The position numbers and the translations under genes were made by a program. Below the pieces are notes generated by a model. The model saw only the letters and a list, made by a program, of their open reading frames with translations, was not told the DNA's origin and searched no databases. Of a DNA stretch of 64,000 bases, positions 9,599 to 19,365 are shown in pieces; position 1 is the first letter of the stretch, and each line of letters opens with the position of its first letter. Source of the stretch: a virus (lineage: Duplodnaviria > Caudoviricetes). Location of the stretch: IMG/VR virus record IMGVR_UViG_3300033067_002132, positions 64,001 through 128,000 of that record; one strand, given 5' to 3'.

Positions 9599-9823
9599 AT
9601 GCTAAGAAAAAATACTCCTGAAGAAAAGGTTTTACTAAGAAAGATTTTTAAAGAAAAACCTAATAAATTAGTCTACATTAATTATATCGAAAATTCTTAT
9701 AAATCAGGATGGTATAAGGTGAAAATCGGCGCCCTTAATCATGATGTAATTAATAATATGGAATTATTCTTTACTTTAAAACACCCGAAGGTGAAGAAAA
9801 TTAGACAATATACATTAGAGTAA
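9599..9823 (+). CDS. Family paralog 5
   Basis: RKNTPEE..KPNKLVY..YKSGW..FFTLKHP. Confidence 0.85.
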   Translation: MLRKNTPEEKVLLRKIFKEKPNKLVYINYIENSYKSGWYKVKIGALNHDVINNMELFFTLKHPKVKKIRQYTLE

Positions 9824-9825
9824 TT

Positions 9826-10086
9826 ATGATAAGAAAGAATACACAAGAAGAAATAGAAAATTTAAAAAGAGTTTGGGCGCAAAATCATAAAAAACTCATT
9901 TATATAAATGCTTGTATAAATCCTTATAAATACGGATGGAAAAAATACTATATAGGTGAATTTTCATACAACGAATTAATTACTTTTTTAAATAGCGGCG
10001 ATCTTTTCATTACCTTAAAAAGACCTAATTCAAAAAATATTCGCGACTTGACCTGTACAAAAGAATACGCTATCATTTATAGATAA
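9826..10086 (+). CDS. Family paralog 6
   Basis: RKNTQEE..NHKKLIY..YKYGW..FITLKRP. Confidence 0.85.
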   Translation: MIRKNTQEEIENLKRVWAQNHKKLIYINACINPYKYGWKKYYIGEFSYNELITFLNSGDLFITLKRPNSKNIRDLTCTKEYAIIYR

Positions 10087-10090
10087 TTAT

Positions 10091-10570
10091 ATGACTAAAA
10101 CTATCGTAAACGGACAAATCGTAGAACAGCCCGCGCAATTAAAATCAATTGAATTATTCTACGCTCTTAATCTTTCTGATAATCCCCAAAAAGCTGCTGC
10201 AAGCCCAATTAATACAGAATTTCTTAATCATGCTTTTCATATTTCTTTAGTTCATAATGGTTTGGGCGGACAAAATGATTTAATTAAAGTAATTACTTCT
10301 TCGGGCGCAATTATTTATTATGTTGGACGATGGAATGACGGTTTAGTAAATCAGCCGAAAAAGAAGCCTATTGTTCTTAAATATTTTCTTAATTATGATA
10401 AAATTATAGAAAAAGTAATTACATCTAGACCTAAAGATTTTAATTACGTCGAATTATTAGTTAAAGAGTATCTTCTGGACACTGATCTAATCTATTGTTA
10501 TCTAAATGCAGATAATAAAGGAGATGGAACTCTTTATTTAGGTCAATGGAACGATGGAATCGTGGAATAA
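10091..10570 (+). CDS. Hypothetical protein with an internal duplication
   Basis: Two halves end in YVGRWNDGLV and YLGQWNDGIV. Confidence 0.7.
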   Translation: MTKTIVNGQIVEQPAQLKSIELFYALNLSDNPQKAAASPINTEFLNHAFHISLVHNGLGGQNDLIKVITSSGAIIYYVGRWNDGLVNQPKKKPIVLKYFLNYDKIIEKVITSRPKDFNYVELLVKEYLLDTDLIYCYLNADNKGDGTLYLGQWNDGIVE

Positions 10571-10573
10571 AAT

Positions 10574-10807
10574 ATGATTAGAACCAATACCCCAAAAGAA
10601 ATCGCCGCCATCATTGAGGCGGGGCGCAAAAACCCCAACAAGATTATTTACATAAATGCCTGTGATAATCCCTATAACTCTGGATGGTTCAAACGGAAAG
10701 CAAAAGATTTTCCCGTATTTAATGAATCTCGATTTACAAATTCATTTTGTTATCATACTCTAAAATATCCTAAGATTCTAAAACGCGACAAAATCGATTG
10801 GATTTAA
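10574..10807 (+). CDS. Family paralog 7
   Basis: RTNTPKE..NPNKIIY..YNSGW..YHTLKYP. Confidence 0.85.
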   Translation: MIRTNTPKEIAAIIEAGRKNPNKIIYINACDNPYNSGWFKRKAKDFPVFNESRFTNSFCYHTLKYPKILKRDKIDWI

Positions 10808-10809
10808 TT

Positions 10810-11049
10810 ATGCTAAGATTAAACACAGAACAAGAAATCGAAGAATTAAATAGGACCTTGCGGCGCAATCCGAATAAGTTAGTTTATTATAATGCGCGCA
10901 TGAATCCTTATAATTGCGGTTGGGTAATTGCGAGAATTAAGGATATCCCTGTGAACAGTATCCCTAAACCTAAGAATTATTTTAAAATTGTTTCAGAAAG
11001 AGTCTTTTTTAGTCTAAAAAGACCTAATGCACCTATTAATGATATCTAG
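10810..11049 (+). CDS. Family paralog 8 (start corrected from 10798)
   Basis: RLNTEQE..NPNKLVY..YNCGW..FFSLKRP. Confidence 0.85.
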   Translation: MLRLNTEQEIEELNRTLRRNPNKLVYYNARMNPYNCGWVIARIKDIPVNSIPKPKNYFKIVSERVFFSLKRPNAPINDI

Positions 11050-11632
11050 AATAAAGAAACTAATATCTATTTTAGATAATTTATACTTCGGGCGCAATTC
11101 TAATAAGGAATTATTAGTTAATTCTATAGTAACACCCATTTCTGAAAACTATATTTAATCTTTTTCACACTCTTCTAGTGTGGCAAAAAGAAAAAATAAA
11201 ATAGACATAAAACAAAACAAAGAATTCTTTGTAACCTCTTGTTACTTAAGAATATATAAAAAGATAAAGAAGATAATAGAAGAGAAGAATGACTCTAGGT
11301 ATATAGAGAGAGAAAGAAAAGAATAGATAAAAGGTGATAATAAGCGGGTTTCTAGCACTTATTTAACTAAATAGCTAAAAATCGTCCCATTATTGGGAAA
11401 ATTAACAAAAAAATTGACAAAACCCCAATAAAAGCTATACTTTCACTATATGAATCGAGATTCTACTCCTACAGAGAGTGATTTGGCTGATATAGAAAAC
11501 AAAGAAGTTATTTCTAATGATTTTATTAAACTTACGCCCGAAGCTCTTAAACTTTTGAAAGAAATTTGCCGCGAAGCTAAACAAGATTTTCGCCAAACTA
11601 AAGAATCGCAACTTCCTAATAATCAATAAGTT

Positions 11633-12068
11633 ATGCACCAATTTTTCGGCGGACTATTTATAGGTTTAGTTATAGGAATTAATCTTATTTTTTGTATAAA
11701 TAATACCAACACAAAATTTCAATACAAAGAAGATTACAAGAAAGGTATCGGTCATTACGTTGTCGATCAGGCAACGGGGAAAAGTGAATTTAAATACTTT
11801 TATCAAACGAATTTTTCCGCCGCGAATAAAGAATAATAAACAATAATAAAGAATTATGAAAGATTTAACGGCTTTAGCGTTTTTTATAGGTTTTCTTTTA
11901 GGTCTAGCTTTGATGGGCGGGTTAGCACTTTCGTTCAATTATTCTTATAATAAGAAAGCTCTTGAAGTAGGAGCAGCAGAATACTATCATGCTTCGCCGA
12001 GTTCATCATCTGTAGAATTTCGGTATATCACTAACTATCAGGTACTTAGCGCCCGAACTAATAAGTAA
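11633..12068 (+). other. Two small paralogous membrane-anchored CDSs (11633-11836, 11856-12068)
   Basis: N-terminal hydrophobic helix (FIGxxxG) followed by G..[HE]Y....S.EF[KR]Y. Confidence 0.6.
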
Positions 12069-12523
12069 AAAATGAAAACTTACCGCGCCGCAAATGGGGG
12101 AATTAACGAGTATAAACAAGGAGAAAAGGATGTTACTCTGTGTGGTCTTTTTGACGTTGCTGATCTTCGTTATATTGTGGAAAAACTAGAAAAGAAAGAA
12201 GAAATTGAATTGCCGCGCCCAATTAATCGAGTAGAATTGGCCGAAAAAGGAATTAAAGATGAGTTTATGATGGGCCTATAAACAAAAAAAAATATATAGA
12301 GTACGTAACGATACCCTAAAAATCTTTTTTAAAATGTGTATCAGTAACTTTTCTTTCTTTGTTATTTCTTTGGGACTCAAGATCATTGGATTCACGCTTG
12401 GGGCCGTTTAACACGTAGCTTCGTACCCGGAATCATAATCTGCCGCTGTCAAAACTTCAAATAAATAAAAATAACCGCTGTTAGAAACTATTACAGTTAG
12501 TATAGAAATAAGAGAATAATTAT

Positions 12524-12769
12524 ATGAAAATTATCAATAAGATTAATAATACTCCGAGCTAAATTAAATCGGGAGATATCGTTTCTTGTTCTGGAACTTT
12601 ATATCTTATTTTAAAAATTACAGAGAATAATTATATTTTATATTTTCTTGATCTTAGTAAGAATTTAACGTATGCCGCGTCTGGAACTTTAGAAACATTA
12701 GTTAATCGTAATAATCTTGTTTTTGTTACCGACAATTACGATATTATTCTAAACAATCCGGCGGATTAA
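12524..12769 (+). pseudogene. Small ORF with a premature in-frame TAA
   Basis: MKIINKINNTPS*IKSGDIVSCSGTLYLIL...NNPAD; TAA at 12560-12562, frame stays open to 12769. Confidence 0.6.
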
Positions 12770-12837
12770 TAAAATATTGACTTTGTTTGAATTTGTGATA
12801 ATCTCATTGGTGAAGAAGACCCAATGACAGTCTTTTA

Positions 12838-12913
12838 TTGCTGTAACCCTAATGTCTCGATTGAGAATGCGCCGAATAGATTAGGGCTAGAAAGAAAGTG
12901 GCGAGAACAGCAA
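12838..12913 (+). ncRNA. Pseudoknotted RNA element
   Basis: TTGCTGT/ACAGCAA, CCCTAAT/ATTAGGG, TCTC/GAGA; CGCC pairs with GGCG. Promoter TTGACT 12777. Confidence 0.6.
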
Positions 12914-12922
12914 ATTAATTTT

Positions 12923-13108
12923 ATGGAAACACTACTACTGTTTATCACAATCATTTCTTGCATTTGGATCGCGCTAATGTTTTGTAGTTATATGTTATGG
13001 TTAACTACATACGGATTATCAGAAACTATTGAGAAATGTAGTGGAAATAGGTTTCTGTTATTTCTTGCCGCGATTGTTTGGGTTGCGGTTTACTATTTGA
13101 AGAATTAA
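12923..13108 (+). CDS. Small two-TM membrane protein (start corrected from 12824)
   Basis: METLLLFITIISCIWIAL...FLLFLAAIVWVAVYYL. Confidence 0.65.
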   Translation: METLLLFITIISCIWIALMFCSYMLWLTTYGLSETIEKCSGNRFLLFLAAIVWVAVYYLKN

Positions 13109-13122
13109 TTTTAAATAATTTC

Positions 13123-13216
13123 GGTCCCATAGTTTAATGGTAAAACGCACGGCTTATACCCGTGATAAGCTCTAGATTTGGGCACGTTCTAGGTTCGAAT
13201 CCTAGTGGGACTACCA
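13123..13216 (+). tRNA. trnI: tRNA-Ile(TAT) with a long variable arm (94 nt)
   Basis: GGTCCCA/TGGGACT acceptor, CACGG-CT-TAT-AC-CCGTG, ~24-nt variable region, CTAGG-TTCGAAT-CCTAG, ACCA end. Confidence 0.9.
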
Positions 13217-13230
13217 ATTTTCTAAATAAT

Positions 13231-14326
13231 ATGAATACCATTACCACAAAGGCCAATCCTGTTATTAAAACCCCTAGAATTGGAGATCTTTATTTAGATA
13301 GTAATGAAGAATTATATATTTTAGCTAGAGTAGATCTAAACGTTTATTCCGCGATTTCTTTGAAGGATGGGGAACCTTGGACTTCGGACCCAAGACCAAC
13401 AGTTCAAGAAGCAATTTATGGCTTGATTTTTTGTAAAAGGAACGCTAAGATCACTATTGAATGAACGCCACCGAAGCAAATAAGAATAGAAAGATCGGCG
13501 ATAAAATTACCTTTAATTTGGATCATAGCCCGCATGCAATGGGCGAGGGAATTATCGTAAGATTCGACGATGATTACTGTATCGTAAAAATTACTAAAGA
13601 TTGTCAAGAATATGGTCTAAAATTTGAATGCGGGCGCGATATCGTTGTCTTTTTCGACGAAATAACGAGTAAATAATTATGAAATACATTCTCACCCAAT
13701 TTTTTCCTGAATTATCTTTTATTGGTAATGCGAGGGACGCACAATTAATTTTGAATTCTGAAATTCTTAAATAATGAATAATTTCGACCAACTATTTTTA
13801 TTGTTTTTCATCGTAATGTTTGTCTTGATTATTCTAAAAGTTACTCAGAATTAAATTATGCACGCGCACGATCTAAATAAGCTAATAAATAAGGTAATTG
13901 CCGCGAAAAGTGGGGATTCTATTTATATCGGCGAGTGTATGTCAAGTGAAGAATTGGTGGATTTTTATCTTTATCTTTTGCGGCGCCTAATTTTTCCTGT
14001 TGTTAATTCATATAAAGAGGGCGAAAATCTTTATTATATTTTAACAGTGAAGAAAAAGTAGTGGACTATTGACAAACAGAAAAAGAGATTTAGACTGGAA
14101 AAACATGAAACGCGCATTTATCCATCTACCTAACGGTCAAACGTTTGAACTAAACAGAACGAGTAATGAAGAAATAACAGGCGTTGAAGTTGTCCAATTA
14201 CGAAGCTCTATGAAGGAAGCAGTTTCGTTTAGTTCCGAAGCTTTTACTGGGCCTAATTTCGATAAGAAAGTTATTTTGGTTCTGTGGGGCGAGGTACTCA
14301 AAAATTCTTTTATCACGATCGAGTAG
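13231..14326 (+). other. Hypothetical CDSs (13231-13464, 13461-13676, 13858-14061, 14105-14326)
   Basis: ORF track, with starts moved past the tRNA and promoter. Confidence 0.65.
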
Positions 14327-14397
14327 AAACCTATTGACGAAAAGTAAAAAAGGATTTAGCCTTTTCAAGTCGAACGAAACATTAACTGAAAAATTCA

Positions 14398-14943
14398 ATG
14401 AATACCGATACCATTGCCCCTACGCCGACCGCCGAAATCGTCTCGCCCGAGACTCAGGAAGCCGTTAACGCTCTGCTTGCCAAGGTTGACGCTCCTCCCG
14501 TGCAAGACGCGGTTGAAGTCGCGCCGCCTGTTTCTGAAACGGTTTCCGCGCCCATTGCGGAAATCATCTCTGCCCCCGCCGAATCGGTTTCAGCGGAAGT
14601 TCCCGCTCCCGCGCCGATTGCTGAAACTACCCCCACCCCCGCTCAGGTTGCGGCGACCCCTCCCGCCGCAACCCCTGCCCCTGCCGCCCCTGTGATTGAG
14701 GCACGCAAGGTTTCCGTCGAAATTCTTTTCCCTAACAAGGAAGAGTTTACCAAGCGGGATATTGAAGTAATTAACGAGACGAATTACGTCGGCGCAAGTG
14801 AGCTGATTAATATGCTCGTTAGTACGGGTCAGGTTGAAAAGGTCCGCAAGCAGCCTCAGGCTGGACGTGGCAAGCCCACCGATATTTTCCGGTTGACGCC
14901 CAAGGCGCCGATTGCGAAAAACAAGAAGAATAACAAGAAGTAA
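14398..14943 (+). CDS. Pro/Ala-rich protein with a C-terminal winged-HTH-like domain and basic tail
   Basis: Low-complexity PA/PE N-terminus; ...LVSTGQVEKV..GRGKPTDIFRL; own promoter and terminator. Confidence 0.6.
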   Translation: MNTDTIAPTPTAEIVSPETQEAVNALLAKVDAPPVQDAVEVAPPVSETVSAPIAEIISAPAESVSAEVPAPAPIAETTPTPAQVAATPPAATPAPAAPVIEARKVSVEILFPNKEEFTKRDIEVINETNYVGASELINMLVSTGQVEKVRKQPQAGRGKPTDIFRLTPKAPIAKNKKNNKK

Positions 14944-14960
14944 CTTCGTCGGTCCTTCAC

Positions 14961-14990
14961 AGGGGGAGGGGGTTTTACCCCCTCCCTTTT
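14961..14990 (+). terminator. Rho-independent terminator
   Basis: GGGAGGGGG-ttta-CCCCCTCCC followed by TTTT. Confidence 0.75.
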
Positions 14991-15230
14991 CTTCTCTCTC
15001 TATGAATATAAATAGGGAAATCATACTAGCTTCGCCCATACTCAAAAAGCAATGGGAACAATCGATGCTATCTATGGAAGAATTTATTCTAAGAGCGGTG
15101 GATAATTTTGTGGTAAATTCGAAAGGGGGATCGAATGGTATTTCTTCTAATTTTGGCTCTAACGGTAGTGCTGGGTGTTCGTCTCTAAACTCTTGACATC
15201 GAATTCGGTTTTGAATAATCTATTGCCCGC

Positions 15231-15893
15231 ATGAGAGTTCTATTCACCCGCATTTCATCTAACAAAAAAACGGGTCCTATTCCCGTCTCTCTTACAACCG
15301 CAGACTCATGCCCCGACGTTTGTCCTTTGAAGAAAAAAGGTTGCTATGCATTTTTAGGGTATATAAGAATTCATTGGGATCGTGCCAATAAAACAGGTAT
15401 GAAATGGGGCGAATTTTGCGTAGAAATAGCTTTATTGCCTTCGGGACAATTGTGGCGCCACGATCAGGCGGGAGACCTGCCAGGAAAGAATAACAAAATT
15501 GACGCGCCCAAACTCGCTTTATTGGTTGAGGCTAATCTTGGCAAAAAAGGATTTACTTATACGCATAAGCCTTTAACAAAAGAAAATAGCGCCGCGATTA
15601 AGTATGCGAATTCTAATGGTTTCACGATCAATCTATCGGCCAATAATCTAAGGCACGCAGATGAATTAGCTAAAAAGAACGTTGGACCGGTTGTGACGTT
15701 GCTACCAAAGGATCAAATGAATAATTGCTTGACCCCCGAGGGGCGCAAAGTTATTGTCTGTCCCGCAGTCACGCGAGTAAATACAAATTGCATGACTTGC
15801 AAGCTGTGCGCAAATGCGAAAAGGTCAGTTATCATAGGTTTTCCTGCGCATGGCGTGGCCAAAAACATTGTGGACAAGATCGCGAAAGAATAA
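15231..15893 (+). CDS. Cys-rich conserved phage protein (probably metal-binding)
   Basis: SNKKTGPIPVS..SCPDVCP..GCYA; WRHDQAGDL; CPA..CxxCxLC. Confidence 0.7.
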   Translation: MRVLFTRISSNKKTGPIPVSLTTADSCPDVCPLKKKGCYAFLGYIRIHWDRANKTGMKWGEFCVEIALLPSGQLWRHDQAGDLPGKNNKIDAPKLALLVEANLGKKGFTYTHKPLTKENSAAIKYANSNGFTINLSANNLRHADELAKKNVGPVVTLLPKDQMNNCLTPEGRKVIVCPAVTRVNTNCMTCKLCANAKRSVIIGFPAHGVAKNIVDKIAKE

Positions 15894-15897
15894 GTAT

Positions 15898-16170
15898 ATG
15901 GAAAAGAAATCGACATCCCTAATTTCGCTTCGTTATCGTGGTTTTAAGGTTAAGTATCTATGTCCCGGAAACGTGCGGGGATCGCGAGTTAAGATTATCG
16001 ATTTGCGACATGACGAATCGGTTACGCTTTGTTTAGAGGATGAATATCGGGATTCTAGCGAGCAAGCTTACAACTGGTTAGAAGAACACGGCATTAAGAT
16101 TGTCGCTACTATGCTGGAACGAAATGAGGAAGTTTTCTTGACTGAGGATTTCAAAACCCATATTGTCTAG
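15898..16170 (+). CDS. Hypothetical protein (start corrected)
   Basis: KYLCPGNVRGSRVK motif; ATG at 15898. Confidence 0.65.
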   Translation: MEKKSTSLISLRYRGFKVKYLCPGNVRGSRVKIIDLRHDESVTLCLEDEYRDSSEQAYNWLEEHGIKIVATMLERNEEVFLTEDFKTHIV

Positions 16171-16171
16171 G

Positions 16172-16894
16172 TTAAAGGATTTTTGATCCTTTTTTCATGT
16201 TTTCTTCTTTCCATAAAGGTTGCAAGTTAGTATAATGAAAACATTTATGTAAATTTTCCTCTTTTGTAAGATCAAAAGAAACACAAGGAAGAATATGATC
16301 TATTTCCCATTTTCCATAATTATCCCAAGACATATTTTCTTTAAATTTCATTTCTAGATAAGACTTAAGATAATCAATAGAACAACCAAGATAAGCAATA
16401 GTTCTCTCTCTGTTGCAATTAAAGATATTTCTAATATATTTATTTAATCTGCGGCGTAAATTAGATTTAATTCTATATTGAATATTATTCTTTCTTCTGT
16501 TTCTATACATTTCTCTCACTTTTTCTTTATTTAATAATTTCCATCGTCTTGAAGCTTCCCTTTTTATCTTCATTTTTTCTGGATTAGCATGTCTAATTAT
16601 TTTATTTTTTAGAACTTCGCATTTCTTACAATAAGGACTAAAAATTCCCTTTTTCGATTTATTAAAAAAAGATAAATCAAATAAAGTCCCACAAAATTTA
16701 CAAATTTTTTCTGTTCGTTCTTTTTTCTTTTTAAATCTTTCTCTTTCTATATTATTCCTTCTTAAAATAGAATAAATAGTAGTTTTATTTACATTAAATA
16801 GTTTTTCTAATTCTTTTCCTTTTATATTGCTTATATAAGCTTCTATTATTTGTTTTTCTTTTTCTTCAGAAGTTTTATTATGCGTTTTTCTCAT
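16172..16894 (-). CDS. HNH homing endonuclease with N-terminal HTH and Zn finger
   Basis: NMSWDNYGKWEIDHILP..FDL..CFHYTNLQPLWKEENMKK; CxxC..CxxC; GTGTAA promoter at 16903-16908 fixes the ATG at 16894. Confidence 0.85.
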   Translation of the reverse strand: MRKTHNKTSEEKEKQIIEAYISNIKGKELEKLFNVNKTTIYSILRRNNIERERFKKKKERTEKICKFCGTLFDLSFFNKSKKGIFSPYCKKCEVLKNKIIRHANPEKMKIKREASRRWKLLNKEKVREMYRNRRKNNIQYRIKSNLRRRLNKYIRNIFNCNRERTIAYLGCSIDYLKSYLEMKFKENMSWDNYGKWEIDHILPCVSFDLTKEENLHKCFHYTNLQPLWKEENMKKGSKIL

Positions 16895-16970
16895 ATAAGA
16901 AATTACACAGAAAATTAGGGTTTCCATAATAATAGTTGACACAAATGGTTTTTTGTGAGAAACTCAAAGT

Positions 16971-17390
16971 GTGATTAAACATTTACTTTCTTTTTTATTG
17001 TGTTGTAATGTTTTTGCAGGTCAATATAATGAAAATGAAATAGTAGCAACCGTTTTAATTTTAGAAGCAGGCGGTGAAAAAGACGATAGATGTATGTCCG
17101 CCATTTACGAAGTAATTTGTAATAGGCAAATAAAAAGACATTTATCAAAAATAGAGGTTTGTTTACAAAAATATCAATTTTCTGAATTTAATGATGGAAA
17201 AATCAAAGAAAAAATAGCGAAAGCAAAAAAGCACCCAAAGTACAAGAAAGCCCTAAGTTTAATTAGTATGAAAACTGATTATACTCAGGGCGCGACGCAT
17301 TTCTACTCTACTAATATTGCCAAACCATACTGGGCAAAAAAGATGAAAGAAACGCTTGCTTTAGGAGCGTTTAAGTTCTATAAGGAATAA
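16971..17390 (+). CDS. SleB/CwlJ-like cell wall hydrolase (Hydrolase_2)
   Basis: Signal peptide; EAGGE..A.YEVICNR..VC.Q..QFS..GATHFY..PYWA. Confidence 0.85.
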   Translation: MIKHLLSFLLCCNVFAGQYNENEIVATVLILEAGGEKDDRCMSAIYEVICNRQIKRHLSKIEVCLQKYQFSEFNDGKIKEKIAKAKKHPKYKKALSLISMKTDYTQGATHFYSTNIAKPYWAKKMKETLALGAFKFYKE

Positions 17391-17816
17391 AATTTTATGC
17401 AAAACTTTCTAAATATCGCGAAAATAAATCGTAATAATTTTATTAAACGTTGCAGTAAATGCGACGAGGCAAAACTTGATTTATTCGAATATAAAGATAG
17501 TGTATTCGATGAAAAATTCACGCTAATTTGCTCGTGCTGTCATTACGTAATATTTAATCTCTCTGTTTTGGACTAAGAAAAACAGTTATTGACTTTCAAT
17601 CGGCGATTTAGTATTTTCTAACCATGAAACTTGACCAAGCTCTCGCCTATCTCAAAAGTTCCGGTTTCAAAATCACTCAGAAAGGCACAAAAACTTTTTT
17701 GGTTCAAAAGGGGAATGATCACCCTTGGCAAGCGGGAGAAGAGAAATTAATTAGAGTCGCGGAAAAGTACAAAAACATTCAAGAATAATTGACGCAAAAC
17801 GTTCACGTTTAAGTCT

Positions 17817-18023
17817 ATGCAAATCACCCGCAGATCCCCCCTTACTGGCGAGAAGAATACTCGCGAAATTCCCGTGACTTTTCAAAACATAAAAGAATGG
17901 CAAAATGGTAAGTCAATTCAAGACGCTATGCCAAATCTTTCGGCGGAAGATCGAGAGTTTATTATGACTGGTTATACTCCCGAAGATTGGGCGAAAATGT
18001 TTCCGTCCGAACCTGAGAACTAA
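17817..18023 (+). CDS. Conserved phage hypothetical protein
   Basis: ITRRSPLTG..IQDAMPNLSAEDREFIMTG motif. Confidence 0.75.
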   Translation: MQITRRSPLTGEKNTREIPVTFQNIKEWQNGKSIQDAMPNLSAEDREFIMTGYTPEDWAKMFPSEPEN

Positions 18024-18071
18024 GTAAAAATTCTTATTGACGTTTAGCGCGGAATCGTTAGATTCAAGCCT

Positions 18072-19077
18072 ATGAAATTAACTAAGTACCCTTTCAACGG
18101 AAGATGGCGCGTGGAAATGGTAGGAACGATTGACGAAATCGATTCTTATCTAATTCGCTTATACAATATTGGTGCGACAAATGCGACTTTTGAGCGCGAT
18201 CAATTGGAGACGTTTTTTCATATTGACTTGGAAAAGAAACGGTGGGAAAAGGCTTTGTCCGGCTGGTTGCAAATCCAAAATGCCGAAAACGAAACGCGCA
18301 AATTGTGCCGAATTGCACAGAAACAGCGCCGGGATAAAATTCCCATTTATTCGCAAGTAATGCAACGTTTGGCGCAAGAAGAAATCGCGGCAATTCCTAT
18401 TCCTGAAATCAAATCTGCTGTCCTGTCGCTTAAGAATCACGACTATAAGGGAATCTCTTATATCGTGGGGACCGATCATGAGGCGGAAATGATGAGTAAG
18501 GAAACGGAAATCCCTGCCAAAATTAACGTAAAGAAAATGACGGCGCGAAATTTTTCTTGCAACGCAACGGCAAGCGAGTAAGGATGAAGCCATGAACGGA
18601 CAAGAATTTTCCCAAAAGCAAACGGCAATCTTTAATAAGTATGAAATCACAGATCCGAGAATGGTCTCGATTATTTCATGCCAAGCTTGGGAGGATAATC
18701 ATTCGGACGGTTATGAAGCCGTCCTAGTAAAAACTGAAAAATATTGTCAGTTTACTGAAACGATCTTGAGTGCGTTTTTCGCTAGTATTAAATTGCGCTA
18801 AACAAGAATATAAGCCATGCCTCATTTGCCCATTTCTTTAGCTCTTTTGACAGATTTAGAAAGAGAAGAAAGCATAAGACGGGAAAGAACGGAAAAATAT
18901 ATCTTTGAAATAAAAGAAGCAAAGAAAGAATTCGAAAAAATGAATGAAATACATCACGGTTTTATTGGTTATTGGCCCGAAATGAACGAGCAAAAAAAGG
19001 CCAAACTATCCAGCCCTAAATGGGCCGATTTTCGGAAAAAGGGAAAAATCAAAGGGTGGCAGCGGAATAAACGTTGA
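18072..19077 (+). other. Hypothetical CDSs (18072-18581, 18592-18801, 18817-19077)
   Basis: ORF track; leaderless promoter at 18037. Confidence 0.65.
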
Positions 19078-19140
19078 CGCGGAAATTAATTTAGGATAGG
19101 CTTTCGGTGTTGTGAGATTGGAGAGAGTTGAAACAACAAC

Positions 19141-19284
19141 GGCGGGGTAGTTTAATTGGTAAAATATTTTCCTTTTTTTGGTAGGCAATAGGGATCAATA
19201 TTGCCAATATCCGAAACGAAATCAAGACTGATCCTCTTGAATAAAATAAGGAAAAAGTTGCGGGTTCAAATCCCGCTCTCGTCT
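19141..19284 (+). ncRNA. tRNA scaffold with the anticodon loop replaced by a ~70-nt kissing-loop domain
   Basis: GGCGGGG/TCTCGTC acceptor, D-arm GTTT-AATTGGTA-AAAT, stem TTTTCCTT/AAGGAAAA, T-arm GCGGG-TTCAAAT-CCCGC. Promoter TTGACG 19074 / TAGGCT 19097. Confidence 0.8.
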
Positions 19285-19365
19285 GCTCCAATAATTAGCT
19301 AAAGTTAAATAAAGCTAAAAAAACAGAAAAACGAGGCGTCAAATTATACGCCTACACAACACAAA

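Noticed and set aside
19091-19291. 66-aa minus-strand ORF
   Set aside because: It is antisense to the tRNA-like RNA; AGFEPAT is the classic reverse translation of a T-arm.
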